Sequence record: DRR378314_1973
Strand: one strand, 5' to 3'
DNA length: 52,911 nucleotides
The notes under the pieces are model-generated. The model was not told the DNA's origin. It saw only the letters and a list, made by a program, of their open reading frames with translations, and did not search any database. Made by a program: the position numbers and the translations under genes. Positions 20,125-28,885 of this stretch are shown piece by piece (the stretch's first letter is position 1; every line of letters begins with the position of its first letter).

Positions 20125-20913
20125 ATGACAATAAGAAAAATACTACTTAATAATACGCCTTTCCATTGTTCTGAAATAGACAGAGGGCTGCAGTTCGGTG
20201 ACGGGCACTTTACAACCATACGAGTTGTTCAAGGTGTGCCTTTGCATATAGAGCGACATTTGAACCGACTGTCTGAAGCTAATACCCGTTTATTTATAAA
20301 CCATCCAAACTTTAACTTTTTGCATCAGCGTATCTTTAACGCTTGTGATGGCATTGAAAACGGTGTGTGTAAGGTTATTGTCACTAGAGGTTATGGTGGC
20401 CGAGGGTATGGCTTTTCAGACGGCGCAGTGGCGAATGAATATATTCAGGTAAGTGATGCTCCGGGTAACCTTAAATCGGTTAGTCTTGGTGTTGCTGAAT
20501 TGAACTTAGCCAGACAACCTAAGCTGGCCGGTTTAAAAACATTAAATAGGCTGGAGCAGGTTCTGTTGACTCAGGAGCGCAGCGTTTCTGAATATGACGA
20601 TTTACTGGTCTGCGACTCGGAAGGTAATGTTGTCGAAGCCATACAGGGAAATGTTTTTTGGTACAAACAAGGGCAATGGTACACCCCCGATCTGAGTTTT
20701 TCCGGTGTACAAGGAATTATTCGCCAGTTGATTATTGATGAAGACATGCTTGCGCCTTTGCGTATCGGTCATTTTTCATTGAATGAGTTAGCTGACGTTG
20801 AGCAGATTATCCTCAGCAACAGTGTCAGAGGCGCTGTTACGGTCACTCAGTTTAATGGTAAAGTATTGGATAAGAGCAAATTGCCGGCGGTATTAGAGCA
20901 GCTTATATTATGA
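20125..20913 (+). CDS. pabC: Aminodeoxychorismate lyase
   Basis: DRGLQFGDGHFTT, KVIVTRGYGGRGY, LAGLKTLNRLEQV. Synteny with mltG. Confidence 0.9.
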   Translation: MTIRKILLNNTPFHCSEIDRGLQFGDGHFTTIRVVQGVPLHIERHLNRLSEANTRLFINHPNFNFLHQRIFNACDGIENGVCKVIVTRGYGGRGYGFSDGAVANEYIQVSDAPGNLKSVSLGVAELNLARQPKLAGLKTLNRLEQVLLTQERSVSEYDDLLVCDSEGNVVEAIQGNVFWYKQGQWYTPDLSFSGVQGIIRQLIIDEDMLAPLRIGHFSLNELADVEQIILSNSVRGAVTVTQFNGKVLDKSKLPAVLEQLIL

Positions 20914-21914
20914 AAAAACGTCTTATTTTAGCGCTGCTTGTTGCAGCTTTTGTGGTTTCGGTCGTGGCTGCCTTTGTATCCGGGCGCTGGTATTTATCTC
21001 AGCCAATACAAAGTGACGCTAGTACGCCTCTATTGTTAGATTTTAGAGGAGGAGCAACTGCCCGTAGCGTAACCATTCAAGTAACAGAGCACTTTGAGAA
21101 GGGGAACTCTGCATTAATTTATCGCCTGAGTCAGGTTTTTGACGATGTCGACCATTTGCAAGCTGGCCTTTATGAAATTAACGGACGACAAAGCTGGTTT
21201 GATGTCTGGAGTATGTTGAGTCAAGGGCGGGAAAAAACCTTTACTGTGACTCTGGTTGAAGGATTGACTCTCGAGCAGTGGAGAGCTCAACTAAAACAGC
21301 TACCTTACCTAAAAGATGAGTCTTCTGAATTGGATCCGGCGGAACTCAGGCAAAAGCTGGGCGTTACAGAAACCTCTATTGAAGGTGTTTTATTACCTGA
21401 AACCTACAGTTACAGAGCTTACACAACGGATATTGCTATTCTGAAGCAAGCGTACCAATCTATGCAGCAGGTGCTGGAAAATGCCTGGCAAGAGCGTTCA
21501 GACAGATGCCCTGTAAACTCACCTTACGAATTGCTGATACTGGCTTCTATTATTGAGAAAGAAACCGGCTTGGCCGATGAACGTCCGCTGGTTGCAAGCG
21601 TATTTGCCAATCGTTTAGCTGTCGGCATGCGGTTGCAGTCTGATCCGACGACAATCTATGGTATTGAAAATTTTGACGGCAATCTGACTCGTACTCATTT
21701 GCGCGAGAAAACAGAATACAATACTTATCGAATTAACGGATTACCGCCAACACCAATTGCGATGCCCGGCAAAGCCTCAATTAAAGCAGCAGCAAATCCG
21801 GCACGTTCTCCGTACTATTATTTTGTTGCGGATAAATCAGGTGGCCATGTTTTCTCGGAAACACTGGAAGAACATCAACAGGCTGTACGCCGATATCAAC
21901 TGAATCAAGAGTGA
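20910..21914 (+). CDS. mltG: Endolytic peptidoglycan transglycosylase
   Basis: N-terminal TM, EGVLLPETY, LASIIEKET, GMRLQSDPT, YNTYRINGLPPTPIAMPG. Confidence 0.95.
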   Translation: MKKRLILALLVAAFVVSVVAAFVSGRWYLSQPIQSDASTPLLLDFRGGATARSVTIQVTEHFEKGNSALIYRLSQVFDDVDHLQAGLYEINGRQSWFDVWSMLSQGREKTFTVTLVEGLTLEQWRAQLKQLPYLKDESSELDPAELRQKLGVTETSIEGVLLPETYSYRAYTTDIAILKQAYQSMQQVLENAWQERSDRCPVNSPYELLILASIIEKETGLADERPLVASVFANRLAVGMRLQSDPTTIYGIENFDGNLTRTHLREKTEYNTYRINGLPPTPIAMPGKASIKAAANPARSPYYYFVADKSGGHVFSETLEEHQQAVRRYQLNQE

Positions 21915-21916
21915 TT

Positions 21917-22534
21917 ATGTCAGGAAAGTTTATTGTTATTGAAGGACTCGAAGGAGCCGGTAAAAGTTCGGCTATCGCAAGTGTTGTCACGCATCTTCAG
22001 GCGAAAGGAATTCAGGTTGAAACAGTTCGTGAACCAGGCGGTACACCGTTAGCGGAATCGCTGCGGGATCTGGTAAAAAAGAAGTGGGAAGAAAAAGTCA
22101 GCCCCACGACAGAGCTTTTACTTATGTATGCCAGCCGGGTTCAGCTGGTGGATAATATTATAAAACCCGCGTTATCCAAAAACCGTTGGGTTATTGGTGA
22201 TCGCCATGATTTATCTTCCAGAGCCTACCAGGGGGGAGGGCGCGAACTCGGTGATGAATTGTTGCAAAAGATCCGGAAAATCACTTTAGGGAATTTCACC
22301 CCCGATTTAACACTACTACTTGATGTTGAAGAAAAGAAAGGTCTTGAGCGAGCGCGTGAGCGAGGGGAGCTGGATCGTATTGAAGAAGAAGATTTAGCCT
22401 TTTTTCAACGAACCCGGCAACGCTATTTAAATATTGCAGCTAAAGATCCGAGCATTATTGTCATTGATGCGAATCAGTCTATGCTAGACGTGCATCAGTC
22501 AATATTGAGAGCAATTGAGGAGTATCTGTTTTAA
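21917..22534 (+). CDS. tmk: Thymidylate kinase
   Basis: FIVIEGLEGAGKS, REPGG, DRHDLSSRAYQGGGR. Confidence 0.96.
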   Translation: MSGKFIVIEGLEGAGKSSAIASVVTHLQAKGIQVETVREPGGTPLAESLRDLVKKKWEEKVSPTTELLLMYASRVQLVDNIIKPALSKNRWVIGDRHDLSSRAYQGGGRELGDELLQKIRKITLGNFTPDLTLLLDVEEKKGLERARERGELDRIEEEDLAFFQRTRQRYLNIAAKDPSIIVIDANQSMLDVHQSILRAIEEYLF

Positions 22535-23394
22535 TGGCTTTTCCCTGGCTGCGAGAACCCTGGTTAAGATTAGTAGCGAGTGCTGAAGCCGGACGCCTGG
22601 CTCATGCTTACTACTTACAGCATAATGTTGAGGGCGGTTCGACCGAGTTTATTCAGCGCCTGAATCAATTTCTGTTGTGTAAGCAACCAGGCAAAAGTGC
22701 CTGCGGGAAATGTAAATCCTGTTTACTTTACCTATCGGGTAATCATCCGGATACCTGGACTATTGATGGTGCACAAGTTAATCGAATAGGTGTTGATACG
22801 GTACGCGAATTGCAACAAAACGTAACGCAGACAGCGAACCAGAACGGATTAAAAGTCGCTGTCATACTCGAAGCGGAAAAAATGACAGAACAGGCTGGCA
22901 ACGCACTGCTGAAAGTTCTGGAAGAACCTCCTGCCGATACACATTGGCTGGTTTCAACTAAAGATGCCGAGCGCTTACTGCCCACCTTAAGAAGCCGTAT
23001 GCAGTGGCTGAGCATTGCCTATCCGACAACCGTACAAAGCGACGAGCAGGTGACTTTTGCAAAGCAGCTGCTGGCCGGACTACAGGGACAGCAGGAATTA
23101 CCCCTGTTAAAAGATAAAGATGGCGCATTAAGCTGGCTGGATGTTTCCGAGAACTTATTAATGGATTGGTTGTTGATTAGCCAACGAGCTGCGGCTACGC
23201 GTTTGCGTTATCAGCAATTGGCGGACGAATTACAACACATCAGCAACTATGAGTGGGTCAATGTCGCGCAGCTGAGCGAATGGGTATCCGAATGCCGACA
23301 GCTACGTCAGCGATATCAGGGCTCAACGGGGATCAATTTGCCGTTATTATTAAGTTTTGCCTGGAGTCGCTGGTCAAATACTCTTTCAGCGTAG
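22534..23394 (+). CDS. holB: DNA polymerase III subunit delta'
   Basis: FPWL start, zinc motif C...CGKCKSC...HPD, NALLKVLEEPP, LLPTLRSR. tmk-holB synteny. Confidence 0.9.
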   Translation: MAFPWLREPWLRLVASAEAGRLAHAYYLQHNVEGGSTEFIQRLNQFLLCKQPGKSACGKCKSCLLYLSGNHPDTWTIDGAQVNRIGVDTVRELQQNVTQTANQNGLKVAVILEAEKMTEQAGNALLKVLEEPPADTHWLVSTKDAERLLPTLRSRMQWLSIAYPTTVQSDEQVTFAKQLLAGLQGQQELPLLKDKDGALSWLDVSENLLMDWLLISQRAAATRLRYQQLADELQHISNYEWVNVAQLSEWVSECRQLRQRYQGSTGINLPLLLSFAWSRWSNTLSA

Positions 23395-23417
23395 CGACTC
23401 CGTAAAACGGAGTTGTC

Positions 23418-23774
23418 ATGCTGACGCTAAAATTAAGCCCACAATCCGCAACAGAGCTTGCTGCTCATGTTGTTCCTGAATTTCAGTCCCTTACTTTGCT
23501 GATCAACAGCGAAACAACCGATATTGCGGTAGATGACAGAGCCAGATTAGAGTTCCAATGCCCCGACATAGAAGGTAAACCTCTATGTTTAGAGGTGAGC
23601 GTGGTTTTTCGTTTTGAGGCTGGAGAACTAAAGAACTGGTTGGCTGTCGCTGTTCTGCCTTCACAGCAAGCCTTGATTCATCATCTTCGTTACCTTTGCC
23701 GCCATCATACAAACGAATATGGTAAACTCTTCCACCAACTGGTTAACGACTTTTGTCACTCAAATCAACGCTAA
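23418..23774 (+). CDS. Hypothetical protein, probably a diverged PilZ (PA2960-type)
   Basis: 118 aa with SD GGAG. Sits in the holB-X-tatD slot where pilZ lies in many gammaproteobacteria. Only faint similarity by eye. Confidence 0.5.
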   Translation: MLTLKLSPQSATELAAHVVPEFQSLTLLINSETTDIAVDDRARLEFQCPDIEGKPLCLEVSVVFRFEAGELKNWLAVAVLPSQQALIHHLRYLCRHHTNEYGKLFHQLVNDFCHSNQR

Positions 23775-23786
23775 GTGGAGCTATCT

Positions 23787-24575
23787 ATGTTCGTCGACTC
23801 ACACTGTCATTTGGATAAAATCAACCCTGAAAAAGCGGGTGCCGATTTAAAAGAAATTGTTGCAGCGGCACGTGCGAATAAGGTTGAACACATGCTGTGT
23901 GTATGCGTTACCCTCGAAGACTTTCCAGCCATGCAGGCTGCTGTGGCCGAATTCGATGATGTTTCAATTTCTTGTGGTGTGCATCCTCTGTATGTGAAAG
24001 ACAGTAAGACTCCAATAGCTGAGTTAGGTGCTAAATTGCGTGAGCTAACAGCACTGAATAGCGTTGTTGCGGTAGGAGAGACCGGGCTCGATTACTTTTA
24101 TCACCCTGAATCAAAAGTACTACAGCAGGAGAATTTCGAGCAACATATTGAAATAGCCAACGACGTCAACAAACCACTGATTATTCATACGCGCGATGCT
24201 CAGCAGGACACCTTGTCATTATTAAGAAATGGCCATGCTGAAAAGCCTGGTGGTGTCTTGCATTGTTTTACCGAGTCTCTTGAGATGGCAAAAAAAGCCA
24301 TTGATGATCTCGATTTCTTTATTTCTATTTCCGGTATTGCTTCGTTCCGGAACGCTCAGGAACTGCGTGACACAATCAAAGCATTGCCACTGGAAAAACT
24401 TTTAATTGAGACCGACAGTCCCTGGTTAGCGCCGGTTCCTCATCGTGGTAAAGAGAACCAGCCAGCCTACGTAGTAGACGTTGCAAAATGCGTAGCTGAC
24501 GTAAAAGGCATTACCTTAGAAGAGGTGGCTAAGACCACGACAGCTAACTATTATAAACTGTTCGCTAACTCTTGA
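23787..24575 (+). CDS. ycfH: TatD family DNase (YcfH)
   Basis: MFVDSHCHLD, GVHP, VGETGLDY, IIHTRDA, LHCF, IETDSPWLAP. ATG 23787 after GGAG. Confidence 0.93.
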   Translation: MFVDSHCHLDKINPEKAGADLKEIVAAARANKVEHMLCVCVTLEDFPAMQAAVAEFDDVSISCGVHPLYVKDSKTPIAELGAKLRELTALNSVVAVGETGLDYFYHPESKVLQQENFEQHIEIANDVNKPLIIHTRDAQQDTLSLLRNGHAEKPGGVLHCFTESLEMAKKAIDDLDFFISISGIASFRNAQELRDTIKALPLEKLLIETDSPWLAPVPHRGKENQPAYVVDVAKCVADVKGITLEEVAKTTTANYYKLFANS

Positions 24576-24651
24576 TTAGCTGTGTATAACCTGTGTTCTT
24601 TTTGGTTAAAATTATTCAAAAACAGTAAGATAAAAAATTTCTTAAAAAAAT

Positions 24652-24679
24652 TAGACATCCCTTTGATATTGTCTAAACT
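24652..24679 (+). promoter_or_regulatory. Putative sigma70 promoter with A-rich UP element
   Basis: TAGACA, 16 nt, TAAACT, preceded by A-tracts (AAAAAATTTCTTAAAAAAA). Confidence 0.55.
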
Positions 24680-24685
24680 GAAGTT

Positions 24686-24803
24686 TACCGAATGAATTTT
24701 ATGCGACCTAATGCAGTGTTTTTGTCATGAGTTAGCGCACGGCTCAACCTTTGAGCCATTCCCCTATACCCGGAACAATCTGGATTGGTTCCGGGTTTTT
24801 TTT
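24686..24803 (+). ncRNA. Candidate small RNA or attenuating leader (family not recognised)
   Basis: Upstream promoter, hairpin GGCTCAA/TTGAGCC, and a strong intrinsic terminator ending in T8. Lies well away from the tatD stop. Confidence 0.5.
24768..24803 (+). terminator. Rho-independent terminator upstream of prpD
   Basis: ACCCGGAAC-AATCTGGATTG-GTTCCGGGT followed by a T-run. Confidence 0.85.
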
Positions 24804-24917
24804 ATCCTTTTCTTCCTGTTTCTTAACAGTTCATGGCGATCAAAAAGGCACTTTTCAGGGTACATATAGACAAACGGATAGCCCGTTCTGATAATAAAAT
24901 TAACTAAGGAGTCAGTG

Positions 24918-26402
24918 ATGAGTACAACCGTTGAAAGTAATGAACGTCCCGACTACGACGAAGTCATTCAAACCATTGCAGACTATGTTATCGATTACAA
25001 AGTAGACAGTGAGGAAGCGTGGAATACGGCTCGTAACTGCCTGATGGATACCCTGGGGTGTGGCTTATTAGCGCTGCGTTTTCCTGAATGCAGTAAACAT
25101 TTAGGTCCTCTGGTTGAAGGAACCACGGTTCCAAACGGCGCTCGGGTACCGGGTACCCAGTTCCGTATGGACCCTGCTAAAGCAGCCTGGGATATAGGTT
25201 GTATTATTCGTTGGCTGGACTTTAACGACACCTGGCTGGCAGCCGAGTGGGGGCATCCTTCTGATAATTTAGGCGGCATACTGGCAACCGCTGACTATAT
25301 TTCGCAAAAGCGAGTGTCTAAAGGTGAGAAGCCTTTAACCATGAAAACCGTTTTAGAAGCGATGATTAAAGCTCATGAAATTCAGGGTAATTTAGCCATA
25401 GAAAACAGTTTTAACCGGGTTGGTCTGGACCATGTTGTGTTGGTGAAGGTGGCCTCGACAGCTGTGGTTACCTGGTTAATGGGTGGCTCCAGAGAGCAGA
25501 TTATGGCTGCTGTCTCGCAAGCCTGGGTTGATGGTCAGTCGTTGAGAACCTATCGGCACGCACCTAATGCCGGTTCGCGTAAATCCTGGGCTGCCGGCGA
25601 TGCCACATCAAGAGCTGTACGTTTGGCCGACATAACCATGCGCGGTGAAATGGGAATTCCCGGGGCATTAACGGCTCCGCAGTGGGGCTTTTACGATGTG
25701 CTGTTTAATAAGACCAATAAAGACCAGCAGTTGAAACCGAAAGAGGATTGGAAATTTAAGTTTCAGCGTGACTACGGCAGTTACGTAATGGAAAATATTT
25801 TATTTAAATTGTCTTTCCCCGCGGAGTTTCATGCTCAGACTGCCTGTGAAGCTGCGGTGACATTGCACTCAGAAGTTAAAGGCAGAATTGATGATATTGA
25901 GAAAGTTGAGATAACGACTCATGAGTCGGCTATTAGAATCATTTCAAAACAGGGGAAGCTGGCTAATCCGGCGGACAGAGATCATTGTTTGCAATACATG
26001 ACTGCGGTACCGCTAATTTTCGGCGAGTTAACAGCTGATCACTACGAGAATAGCTTTCATAAAAATAACCCGGTTATTGATCGAATTCGTGAAAAAATTG
26101 AAGTGCTTGAAGATAAGCAATTTAGCCAGGATTATCACGACCCGGAAAAGCGTTCTATAGCCAATGCGTTACAGGTATTCTTCAAAGATGGAACTCATAC
26201 TGAAAAAGTTGTGGTGGAATATCCGATAGGGCACAGACGGCGCCGGGAAGAGGGCTTTCCTGTGCTAGAAAGCAAGTTTAAAGCGAATTTAGCTACTCGT
26301 TTCCCTGAGCCCCGGGTTAAATCGATTTTTGACCAATGCAGTCAGCAGCAGTCTTTTGAGAATATTGCGGTTAACGAATTTATGGATATGTTTGTTATCT
26401 AA
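24918..26402 (+). CDS. prpD: 2-methylcitrate dehydratase
   Basis: [66 protein letters not shown]. Start is ATG 24918 or GTG 24915. Confidence 0.96.
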   Translation: MSTTVESNERPDYDEVIQTIADYVIDYKVDSEEAWNTARNCLMDTLGCGLLALRFPECSKHLGPLVEGTTVPNGARVPGTQFRMDPAKAAWDIGCIIRWLDFNDTWLAAEWGHPSDNLGGILATADYISQKRVSKGEKPLTMKTVLEAMIKAHEIQGNLAIENSFNRVGLDHVVLVKVASTAVVTWLMGGSREQIMAAVSQAWVDGQSLRTYRHAPNAGSRKSWAAGDATSRAVRLADITMRGEMGIPGALTAPQWGFYDVLFNKTNKDQQLKPKEDWKFKFQRDYGSYVMENILFKLSFPAEFHAQTACEAAVTLHSEVKGRIDDIEKVEITTHESAIRIISKQGKLANPADRDHCLQYMTAVPLIFGELTADHYENSFHKNNPVIDRIREKIEVLEDKQFSQDYHDPEKRSIANALQVFFKDGTHTEKVVVEYPIGHRRRREEGFPVLESKFKANLATRFPEPRVKSIFDQCSQQQSFENIAVNEFMDMFVI

Positions 26403-26413
26403 TTGGCTTATAG

Positions 26414-26446
26414 AAAAAAGGCTCTTCAACTTATTGAAGAGCCTTT
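26414..26446. terminator. Bidirectional-type terminator between prpD and the NSS transporter
   Basis: AAAGGCTCTTCAA-ctta-TTGAAGAGCCTTT. The longer U-tract is on the minus strand. Confidence 0.8.
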
Positions 26447-26456
26447 CCAACGGTTA

Positions 26457-27800
26457 TTAACCGCGCCAGATAACTAGCAGAATCAGTATCGGGCAAATGA
26501 ACTTTACGTACCACGGCCATACCTTCCAGAATAAGCTTTTATCAATGTCTGGTGAGCCTTGTTTTAACGCTTTTAATAAATAATTTTGACGTAATACCCA
26601 GGTCAGCATAACACCGAACACTAAAGCCATTATTGGCTGCATATAAACCGTGCTAAAGGTAATAACGGCGCCAAAAAGTAACTCAAAATTATAGATTATC
26701 GTCGTGGAAATAGCGGTTACGATAAGCGCAATGATCCAGACGCCACTACTACGGTCGCAGTTTGCTTCTTCGCGTAATGCATTGACCGGTGCTTCCAGCA
26801 TAGAAATAGATGAGGTAATAGCGGCAATAACCATTAGCAGGAAAAAGCCAAAAGACATAAATAGTCCAGCGTAACCTAGTGCATCAAACATCGCAGGTAA
26901 TACGGTGAAAACTAAAGTATCCGCCGAAAGCAGAGTACCATCGTCTGCGTAAATGGTGACGCCATTAGATTGTGCTACGAACATCGCTGGTAGAATGAGC
27001 AGGCCAGCTAAAAACGCAACGCTGGTATCAATGCCTGCTACCCAGGCTGCTGTTTTGGGTATGTTCTCGGAGTTTGAAAGGTACGCACCGTACGTCATCA
27101 TGACACAAACACCGAGCGACAAAGAGAAGAATGCCTGCCCCATGGCCCGAATAATCAGGTTCGGATCGGTAATTGTTGAGAAGTCGGGAAGCAGATACAT
27201 TTTCAGGCCCTGTATCGCACCGTCCTGCGTTAAAATGTAAGCGGACATGCCAATCAACAATATGAACAATAATGGCATTAATCGTCTGGACCAGCGTTCT
27301 ATGCCGTTGTTTACACCAGAACGTACAACGTAAACGGTTAACAGCATAAAAAATATCATGGTAGTTATATTTCGGGAAACCGAAAATTCTGTAAACCATA
27401 GAGCAGTTTCAGGCTGACCGATTAAAACCATCAGTGGTGCCAGCATATAAGAAACAAGCCACCCCGATACAATGGCGTAAAAACTCAATATTAAGCTTAA
27501 GACAATAAGGCCGATGACCCCGGCGATAGCGCCTGAGCCTCTTAAAAAAGGTTTACTGGATAAGTTACGTAATGCTTCTATTGGGTTCTGACGTCGTATA
27601 CGGCCAATGGTTATTTCGGCTACCAGCATAGGATATGCCAGTAAAACAATCATAATCAGATAGACCAATAGAAAAGCACCGCCGCCATTACTGGCGGCCT
27701 GGGTAGGGAAGCCCCAAATATTACCAACACCAACCGCTGAGCCAGCGGCAGCTAATATAAACCCTAATCGTGTTGCGAACGCAGGTGATGAATTTGCCAT
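26457..27800 (-). CDS. Sodium-dependent transporter, NSS/SLC6 (LeuT/MhsT-like) family
   Basis: GSAVGVGNIWGFP, GGGAFLLVY, GQAFFSLSLG, SSISMLE, about 11 TM segments. Confidence 0.92.
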   Translation of the reverse strand: MANSSPAFATRLGFILAAAGSAVGVGNIWGFPTQAASNGGGAFLLVYLIMIVLLAYPMLVAEITIGRIRRQNPIEALRNLSSKPFLRGSGAIAGVIGLIVLSLILSFYAIVSGWLVSYMLAPLMVLIGQPETALWFTEFSVSRNITTMIFFMLLTVYVVRSGVNNGIERWSRRLMPLLFILLIGMSAYILTQDGAIQGLKMYLLPDFSTITDPNLIIRAMGQAFFSLSLGVCVMMTYGAYLSNSENIPKTAAWVAGIDTSVAFLAGLLILPAMFVAQSNGVTIYADDGTLLSADTLVFTVLPAMFDALGYAGLFMSFGFFLLMVIAAITSSISMLEAPVNALREEANCDRSSGVWIIALIVTAISTTIIYNFELLFGAVITFSTVYMQPIMALVFGVMLTWVLRQNYLLKALKQGSPDIDKSLFWKVWPWYVKFICPILILLVIWRG

Positions 27801-27833
27801 AATTTTTCTTATTATTATTTAAGCTGCGTCAAA

Positions 27834-28847
27834 TTATGGCGGAGTTAATTCGCCACGTAAATTCTTCTGTAACAATTTCTGCATTTTACTCAGGCTCAAA
27901 TCTTGTGACAGCAGATAATGCAATTTAGTCAGTGCCGCCTCAATGGTCATATCTGCCCCGGACACGATACCTATTTCAGCCAGAGCATTGCCGGTCGCAT
28001 AGCCGTCCATATTGACCCGGCCGCGAAAACATTGAGTACAGTTTAGAATGGTAATCCCCTGGTTAATTCCTTCTTTCAGGCTAGTCAGCAGTGCATCGTC
28101 TTGTGGCGCATTGCCGACACCGTAGCTTTGTAGAATCATGGCTTTTACCGGTTGTTGCAGCTGGTTTTTTATAATTTCAGCGGATATTCCCGGATAAAGC
28201 ATGACCACACCGATTGGCTGAGGGGTCATTTCAATGACTTTTAATGGCTGGTCTGAGGGCTCTGAGAGCTCTCCTGCGTTTAACTGAATCTGGATTCCTG
28301 CTTCAAGTAAGGAAGGGTAGTTAGGGGAGGCAAAAGCATTAAATCCGTTAGCGTCTGCTTTGGTCGAGCGATTCCCCCGGTAAAGCGTATTATTAAAGAA
28401 CAAACCAACTTCAGGTATAGGGTAGTTCGCAGCCACATAAAGCGAATTGAGCAAGTTGGTCTGTCCATCAGATCGCAGGGCGGCTAAAGGTATCTGTGAA
28501 CCAGTTACAATAACGGGTTTACTCAAATTTTGTAGCATAAAGGACAAAGCCGACGCCGTATAAGCCATGGTATCGGTACCGTGCAAAATGACGAAACCAT
28601 CGTAATCGTCGTAGTTCCTTTCTATATCACGAGCAATGGTCACCCAGTCAGACGGCGCCATATTTGATGAGTCCATTAATGGTGAATATTCATTAATGGT
28701 AAATTCGGGCATTTCTTCCCGGAAAAACTCCGGCATGTTTTCAACGCACCGGCTCAGGTGTCCCGCAACCGGAACATAACCCTGAGCTGATTTTTTCATA
28801 CCTATGGTGCCGCCAGTGTATGCGACATAAATCTTTTTACGAGGCAA
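27834..28847 (-). CDS. ansA: L-asparaginase I (cytoplasmic)
   Basis: YTGGTIGM, HGTDTMAY, TGSQIPL. TTG start with AGGAG. Confidence 0.95.
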   Translation of the reverse strand: MPRKKIYVAYTGGTIGMKKSAQGYVPVAGHLSRCVENMPEFFREEMPEFTINEYSPLMDSSNMAPSDWVTIARDIERNYDDYDGFVILHGTDTMAYTASALSFMLQNLSKPVIVTGSQIPLAALRSDGQTNLLNSLYVAANYPIPEVGLFFNNTLYRGNRSTKADANGFNAFASPNYPSLLEAGIQIQLNAGELSEPSDQPLKVIEMTPQPIGVVMLYPGISAEIIKNQLQQPVKAMILQSYGVGNAPQDDALLTSLKEGINQGITILNCTQCFRGRVNMDGYATGNALAEIGIVSGADMTIEAALTKLHYLLSQDLSLSKMQKLLQKNLRGELTPP

Positions 28848-28885
28848 AGTTCACTCCTGTGCTCTGCGAAATAACCGCGATAATT

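Noticed and set aside
24692..24730. 12-codon ORF MNFMRPNAVFLS as a classical attenuator leader peptide
   Set aside because: No SD, no run of control codons, and I could not identify a convincing antiterminator. Kept only as a note in the sRNA finding.
24834..24862. Possible sigma54 promoter for prpD (TGGCGA..., AGGCAC...)
   Set aside because: The GG-N10-GC spacing is not met by either candidate.
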